IMG/VR virus record: IMGVR_UViG_3300009000_000003
Strand: one strand, 5' to 3'
DNA from: a virus
Length of the DNA stretch: 64,000 nucleotides
The stretch's first letter is position 1; the number at the start of each line of letters is the position of its first letter. The notes under the pieces were generated by a model that searched no databases, had not been told where the DNA came from, and saw nothing but the letters and a program-made list of their open reading frames with translations. Of this stretch, positions 26,392 through 36,918 are shown piece by piece. The translations under genes and the position numbers were made by a program.

Positions 26392-28511
26392 TGAAAAATA
26401 TAAATAATAAAATTAGAGATGAGCTTTTTGTACTTAATGAGTATGACGTTCTACATCAAGACCCAGATGCAAAAGCTTCTAATGAGTTAATAAAAGCTTT
26501 TGAAGACAAAATCAATACAGACACAACTCGCGCATGTATTAATTGTCAAATGCGACAATATTATAAATACGGAGAGAATAAAATAAAATGTTCTTTTTCT
26601 CCAAGAAAGCTACCTGATGGAGCTGCAAGTAAAATAAATTCATTAGTAAAAGAAACTGGTTTAACTAAAGACCACGCTACTAAATTATTAAAAGCATCTA
26701 TAGATCCAGTAGCTTGGTGTGAATTAATGTTTGGTTTTACAGATGATAATGAAAAATGGTTTATTCGTAGTTATCAAAAAGAACAATTAAGATGCACATC
26801 TAAAAGAATAGCAATTCTCGAAGGACGTCGTGCTGGTAAAACCTTTGCAATGGCGCTTAAATTAATATACCACGCTTTTAATAGTAAATTAGAGAGAGGT
26901 ATTGATGCACAGGGACAACCTGTATATATGGGGCCAACAATAATGATTGTTACTCCTTATCAGGCGCAGTTAACAAATATCTTTGAAGAAATGGAAAAGT
27001 TAATAAAGCGTAACGTTGAATTAAAAACTGAAGTACTTTCTGGTACTGGAGACTCATTATATGTAAAGACTCCTACATTTAAAATGGAGCTTAAAAATGG
27101 TGCTTTAATCCAAGGATTCGTATCAGGTATAGGTATGCGTCAAGATGGTTCTGGCGGTGGTACTATGCGTGGTTTCTCGGCGAATATTATTTATCTAGAC
27201 GAGATGGATATGATTCCTGCAGAAGTACTTACTAAAGTTATTAATCCAATCTTAGCTACAACTCCAGATACTATATTATATGCAACTTCAACACCTATTG
27301 GTGAAAAAGGTAAGTTTTACGAATGGACTAAACGTAGATCTGATTTTAAATCAGATCATTTACCTACTTCAGTGCTTCCCTTTTGGGATGAAATCAAAGA
27401 AGATATTATTAAAGATTCTACCGCAGATTCATTTCTTGCAGAATACATGGGAGTCTTTATTGAAGATGAAAAAGGCGTTTTCAAAAAGCAGTGGGTAAAT
27501 AATGCAATGCTTGATTACACTTACCAAGACTGTTTAAATTCACGCACATTGCAATCAAAACTAAACCTTAAGTCTACTACAGATTGTATAAAAGCTATCG
27601 GTATTGACTGGAACAAAAACGCTGGCACTGAGTTCTATGTAATTGGTTACTATCCACAAGATAAAATATGGATTGGTTTAGATGCAATTAATGTAGAGTC
27701 AAGTGAGTTTTCTGCAAAGAGGTGGATTAAAGAATTAATTCGATTAAATTATAAGTGGAAGCCAGATTACATTTATGCGGACGAAGGTTATGGGCACACC
27801 ATAATAGAAGACATAATTTACGAAGCATATGCTTTGAGAAGTAAAGGAAATAAAACTGATGTTGAATTAGAAACAGTACAAATTCCAGAAAGATTAAAAG
27901 CATTTAATTTCTCAAGCAATATCGTGTTAAAAGACCCAATCACAAATAAAGATATTAAAAAGATGGGCAAACACTTTTTAGTAGAAAATGCTATAAGAAT
28001 TCTACAAGAGCAGCTATTTATTTTTCCTACAGAAGATACTGTACTAAAAGATCAGTTTTTCAATTATATTATAGAAAAATATAATAAACAAAATAACAAA
28101 CCAGTATATGGTAAAATAAATAACGAAATTGGAGATCACAGGTTAGACGCTTTTATGTTAGCGCTTGGAGCTTTAATATTAGAGGAATCCGTTTACTCTG
28201 GAAAGCAAATGATGCCCTCAGCCCCTAGCTATCATAAAATAAAACAAATCAAAGAAACAGTAGATAACGATTCTCCTGAAGCTGTTTTAAAATATGCACA
28301 AGAAAAAAATATGCCTGGAGTTTTTGATATACTTCAAATTAACAGAGAAGAAAGAAAAAAGAAAAGTAGAAATAATAACAATGAGTTCTCTATATTAGAA
28401 GGCATAAACAAATACAAAAACACTTCTAAAGGTATGACACCTATTAGTGAGCTACAACACAGCCAACGCAGAGGCATCTTTGGCAAAAAATCTTCTAGGA
28501 GTTGGAAATGA
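26388..28511 (+). CDS. terL: Terminase large subunit
   Basis: YQKE Q-motif, Walker A GRRAGKT, Walker B IYLDE, motif III TSTP, nuclease GIDW...DHRLDA. Confidence 0.93.
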   Translation: MMKNINNKIRDELFVLNEYDVLHQDPDAKASNELIKAFEDKINTDTTRACINCQMRQYYKYGENKIKCSFSPRKLPDGAASKINSLVKETGLTKDHATKLLKASIDPVAWCELMFGFTDDNEKWFIRSYQKEQLRCTSKRIAILEGRRAGKTFAMALKLIYHAFNSKLERGIDAQGQPVYMGPTIMIVTPYQAQLTNIFEEMEKLIKRNVELKTEVLSGTGDSLYVKTPTFKMELKNGALIQGFVSGIGMRQDGSGGGTMRGFSANIIYLDEMDMIPAEVLTKVINPILATTPDTILYATSTPIGEKGKFYEWTKRRSDFKSDHLPTSVLPFWDEIKEDIIKDSTADSFLAEYMGVFIEDEKGVFKKQWVNNAMLDYTYQDCLNSRTLQSKLNLKSTTDCIKAIGIDWNKNAGTEFYVIGYYPQDKIWIGLDAINVESSEFSAKRWIKELIRLNYKWKPDYIYADEGYGHTIIEDIIYEAYALRSKGNKTDVELETVQIPERLKAFNFSSNIVLKDPITNKDIKKMGKHFLVENAIRILQEQLFIFPTEDTVLKDQFFNYIIEKYNKQNNKPVYGKINNEIGDHRLDAFMLALGALILEESVYSGKQMMPSAPSYHKIKQIKETVDNDSPEAVLKYAQEKNMPGVFDILQINREERKKKSRNNNNEFSILEGINKYKNTSKGMTPISELQHSQRRGIFGKKSSRSWK

Positions 28512-29422
28512 GTCTTTCAGGTTTCTTAACTAGGATGGGTGCAAATATAATGGGCGATGTAGGTGCAGACGGTGCCGCTTTAGGAACTAGGAGGTTATTT
28601 ACAGATGCGTTAAATGGTAGCAGTTTAAGTAATGCTCAACAAACCACTGCAAGAGATGCTTTTGAAAGCAGTATGAATGAAGGTCAGATGCTTTCTGCAG
28701 GAGGTATTAGTGCAATGCTAAAAAATGTAGAAGCTGGTGTAAAACCTAGAACTGGTTTAGCAGCACAAACTACTACAGGTACAGGGGCTAGCAATTTTCT
28801 TGGAGGGCAATCTGGAGGAATACTTGGAGCCATGGGGGCTGGTGCGATGTTAGGCATGGGGGGAGCAGCTATTAGCGGTTCAGATAAAACAGAAGGTGCT
28901 ATGTATGGGGCTATGGCCGGACTAACTGTAGGTGGCGCTGCTAGAGGTATTATGCAAAACATTGGCGATATAGAAAAAGGTTTTATGAAAGATTTATTAG
29001 GTAATAGTTACACTGCAGCTGACAATATTAAATTTACTAAAGGAACTTTATTTGAAGACTTAGACCCTAAATTAAAGTTATCTAAACTTGGAAATACTAA
29101 ATCAGGAGGAAAAACAGTAGGGGATGTTTTAAATGATCTAAAAGCAGGAGGCTCTGATGGAATGCCCAGAATAAACAAAAATATTGACACATATGGAAGA
29201 TCAGAAAATTTAAATGCTTTAAAAAATATGGATACTGATAATTTAGGTACTATTGATTCTTATAAAAGAGATTTGCTTTTAGGAAATAAAAAACTTAATG
29301 TAGGACAAATGGGAAGAATGGCTACAGGAGCTGGAGCTTTTCTAGGAGGAATGGCTTTCGCTTCTTCTAATAGAAGAGATCATAGAAGAGGCTTTAACAA
29401 AGGCAGAGGAAATAGAATATGA
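28502..29422 (+). CDS. Gly-rich putative virion protein
   Basis: Glycine-zipper segments, basic C-terminus; likely start ATG at 28508. Confidence 0.55.
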   Translation: MEMSLSGFLTRMGANIMGDVGADGAALGTRRLFTDALNGSSLSNAQQTTARDAFESSMNEGQMLSAGGISAMLKNVEAGVKPRTGLAAQTTTGTGASNFLGGQSGGILGAMGAGAMLGMGGAAISGSDKTEGAMYGAMAGLTVGGAARGIMQNIGDIEKGFMKDLLGNSYTAADNIKFTKGTLFEDLDPKLKLSKLGNTKSGGKTVGDVLNDLKAGGSDGMPRINKNIDTYGRSENLNALKNMDTDNLGTIDSYKRDLLLGNKKLNVGQMGRMATGAGAFLGGMAFASSNRRDHRRGFNKGRGNRI

Positions 29423-29856
29423 GCTTAGTTTTTTTAGATTCTGAATTAGGTTTATTATCTAATACGCAGTTAATTACTAACCACAATAGTTTTACTGGCG
29501 GTGAAGATATAATTAAAATTCATGTTAAAAATGTAGACCCACAATATTATTATGAAAATATTGTTATTACACCAGTAATGGATGATTTAATTCCTGGAGA
29601 TCTTTTTTCTGATTCTGGATGGAGTATCAAAATGCACGCTTCGTCTGAACAACCTACAGATAAAGAGTGGGGTGATACATTAATTAATGGCTCAGTACAA
29701 ATACCAAACATTGGGACTGAATCAACGCCTAATATTGAATCAACATTTCCTATTTGGATCAGAGTTTTTTGTCCAGGACACAGCGAACCTCAAGTTAAAA
29801 AAGATATGAAATTAAGTTTAAAATATACAAAGAAGGTAATTTTAACTGATGTCTAA
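29419..29856 (+). CDS. Hypothetical beta-rich virion protein
   Basis: ORF track, ATGA overlap; FPIWIRV motif. Confidence 0.65.
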   Translation: MSLVFLDSELGLLSNTQLITNHNSFTGGEDIIKIHVKNVDPQYYYENIVITPVMDDLIPGDLFSDSGWSIKMHASSEQPTDKEWGDTLINGSVQIPNIGTESTPNIESTFPIWIRVFCPGHSEPQVKKDMKLSLKYTKKVILTDV

Positions 29857-30334
29857 TAAAAAGTTTTTTGATGATATTTATAATCAAAAATTAAATTTAT
29901 CTTTTAAAGATATCTCAAGAGATACTTCTATAAAACCAGATAAATTTAAAAAATCTATAGCTACAAATTATACAAAAACAGATCTAGAAGATTTAATTAC
30001 TAAAGCTAGAAATAATCCTTATGAAAAGTTTTCAGAGGAAGAAGTTGAAATAATTAATAAAGAGCTACAAAAAAACTTAACAGAAGCTCGAGAATTAATA
30101 TCTGAAATTAAAAAAGTAAAAGAAGATATTTATAAAGAAGTGTCTGAATCAGAACATAAGTTTACTTTAGATATTAACAATAACATTGCTTTAAAAGAAG
30201 CAGCGAATAATATTTTTGGTGGAAACAAAAATAAAATAACATATGAAGATTATGTAGTTTTATTAGAAATGAAAAAACAAATACAGTTCGATGAAACCAG
30301 AAGTTTGATGAACGAGGTATTTGATGATTTTTAA
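29849..30334 (+). CDS. Hypothetical protein
   Basis: ORF track, overlapping operon. Confidence 0.7.
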   Translation: MSNKKFFDDIYNQKLNLSFKDISRDTSIKPDKFKKSIATNYTKTDLEDLITKARNNPYEKFSEEEVEIINKELQKNLTEARELISEIKKVKEDIYKEVSESEHKFTLDINNNIALKEAANNIFGGNKNKITYEDYVVLLEMKKQIQFDETRSLMNEVFDDF

Positions 30335-30638
30335 TAATCTAAATAAACGTCAAGATGTAAAAGGAATGAATCAAGACGACTCTTTAGAAGAGCAATATCA
30401 AAAAATGTATAAAAAAATAGCAAGAGATTTTGTTCATAGAGACGACTTAACAGAAATACTTAGAGAGTTACTGCTAGGGTTGGGAAGTATAAACCAAGCA
30501 ATTTTTGGAGAAATATTAGATCAAATAGATTTAAATCATAATATTAACAATGCTATAGATAGAGCTATAGAATATAGAGAAAATCTTTCTAAACCTAAAA
30601 TAAAAAGAAAAAAATATAAAGATATAGAAGATGAGTGA
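30321..30638 (+). CDS. Hypothetical protein
   Basis: ORF track, overlapping operon. Confidence 0.7.
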   Translation: MMIFNNLNKRQDVKGMNQDDSLEEQYQKMYKKIARDFVHRDDLTEILRELLLGLGSINQAIFGEILDQIDLNHNINNAIDRAIEYRENLSKPKIKRKKYKDIEDE

Positions 30639-33018
30639 AAACAATTCAGAAATTAACATCTTATTGCCATACATACAACAATTAATAGAAGAGTATGAAA
30701 GGCAAATGATTGCGGATAGAATCAAAGGGTCTTTTGATTTGTCGCAAATAGATGTTGCTAGCAAAGCACTTTACCATGACCCATTATCTGAATATGAATT
30801 TGCTTTAAGAAGCAGGGTTATGGGTGCTGCCAGTACTAATGAAATTGTTAATTTTATGATGCTAGAACAAAATGAAACCGAAGAACAAGTAGCTCAATAT
30901 CGTACAGCTGCACATAAATATGAAAAACCTTTTTCAGAAAAAGCTAAAGAGTTTGCAGAAGAAAATTTATATTTTGAATGTGACATTGTAGATAAGGATG
31001 GTCGACCTTCTAATGACTGGCTAAATTATGAAAACTTAGATGAAAACACCTTATTAAATAATGGAGAACTTCATTTAAAAAGTTTCTTAGATGAAGATGT
31101 AGAAAAAGTTAAATTTAGAAAGCGCATGACAAATGAAGTAAAATGGAAACGTAGCAATGATGTTTCAAAAGCTGTAGATAAGCTTATCGGTGCTGAAGAT
31201 GGTAAATGGAAACTCTTTGGAAAAGATTTTAATGTAGGAATAGAGCAATGCTTTAATTGTTTTGTAAAAATAGATTTATATGCAGTTTTACCAGCATTAG
31301 AGTTTGTATTTGATTTTTCTAAACTAATAAATGCAGTAAAAGGTTTATTGCTAGAAATAGAAAAAAATCTTAACCCTTTAGATATATTTAATCAGCTCTG
31401 TAATTTTTCTTTAGGTATTGGTGAAAACTTATTATGTCCTGCAAATATGCAAGGGATTAATTTATTATTACCAACTTTATTTGTAAAGTATTCATTAGAT
31501 TTAATGAACTTTAGATTTGATCTAATGTCGTTGTTAGGCAATGTTATTAGTGGAGTTATAAAAGGAATTACTTCTTGGGTAGAAAACTTACCAAGATTAG
31601 TGGTGCCTTTTATAGATTGTACAATAAATGCAACTAAAGCAACTTTTGGATACATACGAGCAATTGCAAATAGTTTGAATAAGATAAGTCAAGAACTGTT
31701 AACAAGCATAAATCAACTAACAACTTCTGCGCATAAATTACTTTTAAATACTTTAGATTTTATCCCTGGATACAATTTAGAAACTTTAAAAGAAGAAAAA
31801 GAATCGCTTAGAAAAGAAATTAATTCTATTACTAAACAAGTAGAAGAAACAAATACTAAAATATCAAAAAAGAAAAAGAAACAACTTCAACAAACAAGAG
31901 AAATAATTAACTTTATAGATTCTATTGGAAATTATTTTAGTAATAAAGCAGCTCAAGAATTAATATCAGATCAACAAGTACAAAAGTATGTTGAAGTTAA
32001 CTTTGATCAATATAAAGATCATTTTATTAATTTAGTTAGCAACCCAAGAAGTGATGAGGAAAAATTTCTTTCAATAAATTTTAATAAAATTTTATCTTTT
32101 TTAGATGAAGAAAGTTTAAATTCTTTAGAAGAACTTCAAAAAGAATACAAAGAATTATTTAAAGAAAGAAAAACAGAATTACAAAATAAAAAATCTGAAT
32201 CTTTAGAAAATAAAATGGCTTCTAATAGAACTTCGATTGAAGTGGTAGGAGAAAACTCTAGATATATATCAGAAAATACTTCTGCTGGTTTTTGGGAAGG
32301 TAAATATAAAATTAACAGTACTCAAAATTTACTTAATAACAAAGGTAAAAAAAGAGATATGAGGGCAGGTAGATACTCTTCTAATGCAAATTATAAGAGA
32401 CCCGCTTCTGAAGAATTCACACTGTCAGATAAATTATTTGCTAGGTACGGAATAGATATAAATCAAAATTACACAAATTATGAATATGGTTGGATTAGCG
32501 GCAGTAAAAAATTTGTTAACGACAAAACTAAAAGTTTTAATCAAAGTTTAAGTAATATTGAAAATATAATTGTTAAAAATCTAGAAGCAGCAAAGCAAGC
32601 AATACTAGATATTACTAATAAAATAATTTTAACTTTTAAAAACTTAGATGCGTTTTTATCAGAAAATGTAAATGCTCAATTTAAAATTTTAGGAGAAATT
32701 CAAAATTTATTACATTTAATTAGATTGTTCAGAGTAATAAATGAATTAATTCAAAATGGTTTTTCTGGATGCGATGAAGCAAAAACAAATAAAGATTATT
32801 TTAAAAATTTAATTGTTACTTCTGCAAAAAAACAAGGATTAAATTTAGAAGCTTCTTCTAGTGATAAACCAGAAGATTATTTGTTAAATCTTACTTATAA
32901 AAATATTGATATTGATATTGACTTAAATGAGTGCTCTGAAATATCTACTCAATTAAAAAAGCCAGAAATTAATTTAGATGAAATATATGGGGTAATTAAA
33001 TATGGCTTCTCCACTTAA
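30631..33018 (+). CDS. Large helical / coiled-coil hypothetical protein
   Basis: 795-aa ORF in the operon. Confidence 0.75.
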   Translation: MSENNSEINILLPYIQQLIEEYERQMIADRIKGSFDLSQIDVASKALYHDPLSEYEFALRSRVMGAASTNEIVNFMMLEQNETEEQVAQYRTAAHKYEKPFSEKAKEFAEENLYFECDIVDKDGRPSNDWLNYENLDENTLLNNGELHLKSFLDEDVEKVKFRKRMTNEVKWKRSNDVSKAVDKLIGAEDGKWKLFGKDFNVGIEQCFNCFVKIDLYAVLPALEFVFDFSKLINAVKGLLLEIEKNLNPLDIFNQLCNFSLGIGENLLCPANMQGINLLLPTLFVKYSLDLMNFRFDLMSLLGNVISGVIKGITSWVENLPRLVVPFIDCTINATKATFGYIRAIANSLNKISQELLTSINQLTTSAHKLLLNTLDFIPGYNLETLKEEKESLRKEINSITKQVEETNTKISKKKKKQLQQTREIINFIDSIGNYFSNKAAQELISDQQVQKYVEVNFDQYKDHFINLVSNPRSDEEKFLSINFNKILSFLDEESLNSLEELQKEYKELFKERKTELQNKKSESLENKMASNRTSIEVVGENSRYISENTSAGFWEGKYKINSTQNLLNNKGKKRDMRAGRYSSNANYKRPASEEFTLSDKLFARYGIDINQNYTNYEYGWISGSKKFVNDKTKSFNQSLSNIENIIVKNLEAAKQAILDITNKIILTFKNLDAFLSENVNAQFKILGEIQNLLHLIRLFRVINELIQNGFSGCDEAKTNKDYFKNLIVTSAKKQGLNLEASSSDKPEDYLLNLTYKNIDIDIDLNECSEISTQLKKPEINLDEIYGVIKYGFST

Positions 33019-35242
33019 TAAAAATAAAGAAGAATTAACTTTATATTTAATAGAAGAATCTTACAAAGTCTATAAAGCAAATTTTGCTGGTAGTAGAGAT
33101 TTTGAAGCTCCAATCCCAAGATACAGAGATAGAAACCCACCATTAGAAAGCTTGCCTCCAGGAACAGATTTTTTTTCACGTAACCCAGATATTCCACCTC
33201 CACCACTTCCTCCACCACCTCCTTCACTGCCGGATCCTATAAAAACTCCAGCAAAAAAAATATATTCTTCTGTTGGAGAATGGAAGGAAGATAATCTTTA
33301 TCCACCAGCAAGAGAAGGGTATATTTGGAAATTAAGTGAAGATGGAACACATGCTAAAGAAGTACCAACTCCATGGACTGAATATTATATTCAATCATCA
33401 CAAGAACCTAGAGAAATAAAAGAAAAGTCAAAACAAGTTATTCTCAAGCCTGTTGCTATTCCAAAAGAAACACTAAAAAAGAAAAAAGCTTTCTTTGATT
33501 TTAACCCAGAAAAAGCTCAAAGACAGGAATTAGCAAAAGAACAAAGTCTTTTATTGTCAGTAGAAACTCAAAGAAAAAAAGAAAACATTGAATCTACAAT
33601 AGAAACTATAGAAATAGAAATCGCTGAGCCAATTGTAAATGAAGAAAATGTTTATAATTTATTAAATTATCTAAATGAAGAGTTTAGTAAAATAAATTTA
33701 TTTCCAAAAGCTTTTATAGAAAATATTTCTTCTGAAATTCCAAATGAAAGACAGCTTGTACTACCTGAAGAAAAAGAAAAAATTGTTGAAAATATAAGTT
33801 TAGCTAAAAAAGAATTTATATTAAGCGAAGAAAATTTTGTTGATTTATTAAGTTCAAAAATTAATCAACTAGAAAATGTAGAAGAATTATTTGAATTAGA
33901 AGAAAATGAATTTTTAAGAAACGATTTAGTTAACTACAAATTATTTAATGACAAAGAATTATATTCTTTAACAATATTGTTGTACTCTTTAAATAGTGAA
34001 TTAAGTTTACTAACGTTAAATAACATATTACAAATAAATTCTTATTATTATATAAAAGAAGAAAAAACTGAAAATTTATTTTTTCTTTCTGAAATAGTAA
34101 TTAAAGAAGAAGAACTTCTTTCTGGAATAAAATATAAACCAATTATTTTAAAAGATAACACAACTAATAAAGAAATAAATTTAAGTTTATTAATTCAAGA
34201 ATATATTACTGATTTATTAAAATCAGACTTTAAAATTATCAGACAAGCAAATATTAAAAATAATTTATCTGATGATGAAAAAAAAGAAGCTATAAAAACA
34301 ATATTAGATGAAATAGTTGAAATTGGTAAAAAAGAAGCTGCATACAACTTAAAAACAGTTTCTACAGATATAAATAAAATAAATCTTACTAAAGGAAGAA
34401 TAAAAACAATAATAGAAGAAGGTATCCTTTGGGAAGATTCTTTATTATTTACAATCGAAGAAAAGCAATTAGTTAAAGATGTTTTCCTTAATGAAGAAAA
34501 TGAAATTGTAATTGAAAATTATGAAAATAAACATTATTTTTTAGATAATTATTTTATAACAGATAGTTATTATTTTAATTGGTGTGGTTGTTTTATTGCT
34601 TATTGTTATAAAGATTTTATAAAAAAAGAAATAAGAAAAAAGTTTTTAGCTTCTACTTATAGATTTGCTTCTTTTTGCAATAACACAAAAAGAAGTACAA
34701 AAATAAATTCAATAGTTTTAAATGCTACAAAAAATATTAATTTAGAAATATTTAAAATAAAAAATTCTAAACTTCAAACAGAAGAAGAAAAAAATAATTT
34801 AATTAATAAAAAAATTAACGAAGAAAAAGAAAAATTAGATCCTTTTTTTAAAAAGGGAACAATTTTAACTTTAAATCCTACTGCAGAAAAATGGTATGGA
34901 ACTCATTTTGCTTTATTAAAAAATAATGGAGTAAAAATAAAATATATTGATTACTATTCAGATGATATTAAATCTTATGAAGAAAAAATATTATCTTTTT
35001 TTGTAGACACAATAGAAGGAAACACAGTAGTAGAAGAAATTGAAGTATGGGAAAAAGATGAAGAAAATTCTTGGATTGAATCATCTATAGATGTTGTTGG
35101 CGTTAAAGAAAAAGAAAGAAATTTAATAAATGCAGTTGCAGTACATATCTTTCTTCCAGAAGATTATAATTTAGAATTTCAAGGAAAAGTTAAGCAAGAA
35201 TATAACAATGCAGAAATTATTATTAAGGACCCACTAACATGA
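33002..35242 (+). CDS. Protein with C-terminal CHAP/NlpC-P60-like amidase domain
   Basis: NWCGCFIAYCY ... GTHFALL ... DTIEGNT; Pro-rich N-terminus. Confidence 0.65.
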   Translation: MASPLNKNKEELTLYLIEESYKVYKANFAGSRDFEAPIPRYRDRNPPLESLPPGTDFFSRNPDIPPPPLPPPPPSLPDPIKTPAKKIYSSVGEWKEDNLYPPAREGYIWKLSEDGTHAKEVPTPWTEYYIQSSQEPREIKEKSKQVILKPVAIPKETLKKKKAFFDFNPEKAQRQELAKEQSLLLSVETQRKKENIESTIETIEIEIAEPIVNEENVYNLLNYLNEEFSKINLFPKAFIENISSEIPNERQLVLPEEKEKIVENISLAKKEFILSEENFVDLLSSKINQLENVEELFELEENEFLRNDLVNYKLFNDKELYSLTILLYSLNSELSLLTLNNILQINSYYYIKEEKTENLFFLSEIVIKEEELLSGIKYKPIILKDNTTNKEINLSLLIQEYITDLLKSDFKIIRQANIKNNLSDDEKKEAIKTILDEIVEIGKKEAAYNLKTVSTDINKINLTKGRIKTIIEEGILWEDSLLFTIEEKQLVKDVFLNEENEIVIENYENKHYFLDNYFITDSYYFNWCGCFIAYCYKDFIKKEIRKKFLASTYRFASFCNNTKRSTKINSIVLNATKNINLEIFKIKNSKLQTEEEKNNLINKKINEEKEKLDPFFKKGTILTLNPTAEKWYGTHFALLKNNGVKIKYIDYYSDDIKSYEEKILSFFVDTIEGNTVVEEIEVWEKDEENSWIESSIDVVGVKEKERNLINAVAVHIFLPEDYNLEFQGKVKQEYNNAEIIIKDPLT

Positions 35243-36894
35243 AAAATGAATTAATTTTAAAAGCATATGAAAGCTTAGCATTGAAAAAAGAAATGTCCTT
35301 AATAGACAGGAATGTACCTTTATTAGGAGAAAGTATTTCTGGAGCACGAGTTAAAAAAGTAAACGCTCGAGTAATGCCTTATGCTGATCGACATAGAGGT
35401 AATTGGTTTAAACCAGAATACGATCTTACTGAAATACAAATTGCTCAAGATACAGATGCATTCCTTTATAAAGCTATACAAAAAAAAGTACAGCGCTTTG
35501 TATTGGCTGGTTGGGAAATAGTTGGTAATGATAAAGAGCGAGTTGAATATATTAAGCGTAGGCTAAAAGAAATCGAATACGTTTCAGGCCAACCATTTAA
35601 TTTGTTAATGACTGATCTTGCACACGATCTTATTAGATACTCAAACTGTGCATGGGTTAAAGTAAGAAATAATGATGCTTCTACGGGTAAAAAACGAACT
35701 TGGATGGGTAAAGAAATAGATCCAGTTGCTGGTTATTATATTCTTCCGTTTGAAACTCTTTGGTTTAAAGTAAAGAAAAATGGTGAGCTTAAAAAAGTAA
35801 TGCAGGAACAACCGAATACAGGTGAATGGAAAGAGTTCGCGCCTCAAGATGTAATCCATTTCTATACTAATAGAAAACCTGGATTTACTATGGGGACTCC
35901 AGAGATCTTACCTGTACTAGAGGATCTTGCTTTATTAAGAAGGCTAGAAGAGTCAGTAGAAAATATGATTGATTCCAATCTACATCCTTTATTTCATTAT
36001 ACTGTAGGTAACGACAATATGCCTGAAAGGTACTCACCTGAAGGTATTAAGGAATCAGATCTAGTAAGGCAAACGATTGAATATATGCCTTCTGGAGGAA
36101 TCTTTGTATCTGATCACAGACACAAAATAAATGCAATTGGATCAGAAGGTAAAGCTCTAGATATTAGAGATTACTTAGAATACTTCAAAAAAAGAGTTTA
36201 TGCTGGGTTGGGTGTCTCACCTATGGATATGGGAGAAGCGGACTCTGCAAATAGGTCAACTGCTAATACTTTATCTAAAATTGCAATTCAAGATGTAGAA
36301 GCATTACAAAGACATATTAAGACCTTTATAGAAACTTATATTATTAATGAATTACTTCTTGAAGGTGGATATGAAGATTCATTGTTTGAAAGTGATAAAG
36401 CGGTACAAATTAAATTTGGAACTGTAGATAAAGAAGAAAAATCAAAAGAAGAAAATCAAACAATTCAACTTTGGTTAAACAATCTTATATCAGAACAAGA
36501 AGCTAGAAAACGTTTAGGTGAGCAACCTGTAGATCAAACTTATAGAGATCAAACGAACTATAAATTATATACAGAACCTTTAGCTTTAATCAAAACAATG
36601 GGGCCATTTAGCGCAGGCTCAGATGCATTAGCTAAATCTGAAACTTCTTCTATTACTCCAGAAGCAGTTAAAAAAGAAGAACAGGCTCAACAAAGAAAAA
36701 CAAATAAAAATATACCTGAAAAAGAAAACAATCCTGCAGCCAATTTATCAGAAAATATTAGTAGACCCGCAAATCAAAATGGTTCAAGAAATGCGCCTAA
36801 ATTTTCTAATGATGTAGAAAGCTTGTTTTTTGAAATAAAACAAGGTAAAAAGATCTTAGATCTTTTAAACTCTTTAAAAAAAGATGCATTTTAA
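35239..36894 (+). CDS. Portal protein
   Basis: 551 aa upstream of the protease and capsid; DVIHF...GTPEILP, AGLGVSP..MG, ISEQEARKRLG portal-like motifs. Confidence 0.85.
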   Translation: MKNELILKAYESLALKKEMSLIDRNVPLLGESISGARVKKVNARVMPYADRHRGNWFKPEYDLTEIQIAQDTDAFLYKAIQKKVQRFVLAGWEIVGNDKERVEYIKRRLKEIEYVSGQPFNLLMTDLAHDLIRYSNCAWVKVRNNDASTGKKRTWMGKEIDPVAGYYILPFETLWFKVKKNGELKKVMQEQPNTGEWKEFAPQDVIHFYTNRKPGFTMGTPEILPVLEDLALLRRLEESVENMIDSNLHPLFHYTVGNDNMPERYSPEGIKESDLVRQTIEYMPSGGIFVSDHRHKINAIGSEGKALDIRDYLEYFKKRVYAGLGVSPMDMGEADSANRSTANTLSKIAIQDVEALQRHIKTFIETYIINELLLEGGYEDSLFESDKAVQIKFGTVDKEEKSKEENQTIQLWLNNLISEQEARKRLGEQPVDQTYRDQTNYKLYTEPLALIKTMGPFSAGSDALAKSETSSITPEAVKKEEQAQQRKTNKNIPEKENNPAANLSENISRPANQNGSRNAPKFSNDVESLFFEIKQGKKILDLLNSLKKDAF

Positions 36895-36918
36895 TTTAAT
36901 TTAAAAACAGGTCAAAAT

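Noticed and set aside
26388-28511. Intein or intron in the terminase (or in the polymerase insertions)
   Set aside because: No C...HN-C/S/T splice motifs or LAGLIDADG blocks were seen, and the reading frames are continuous
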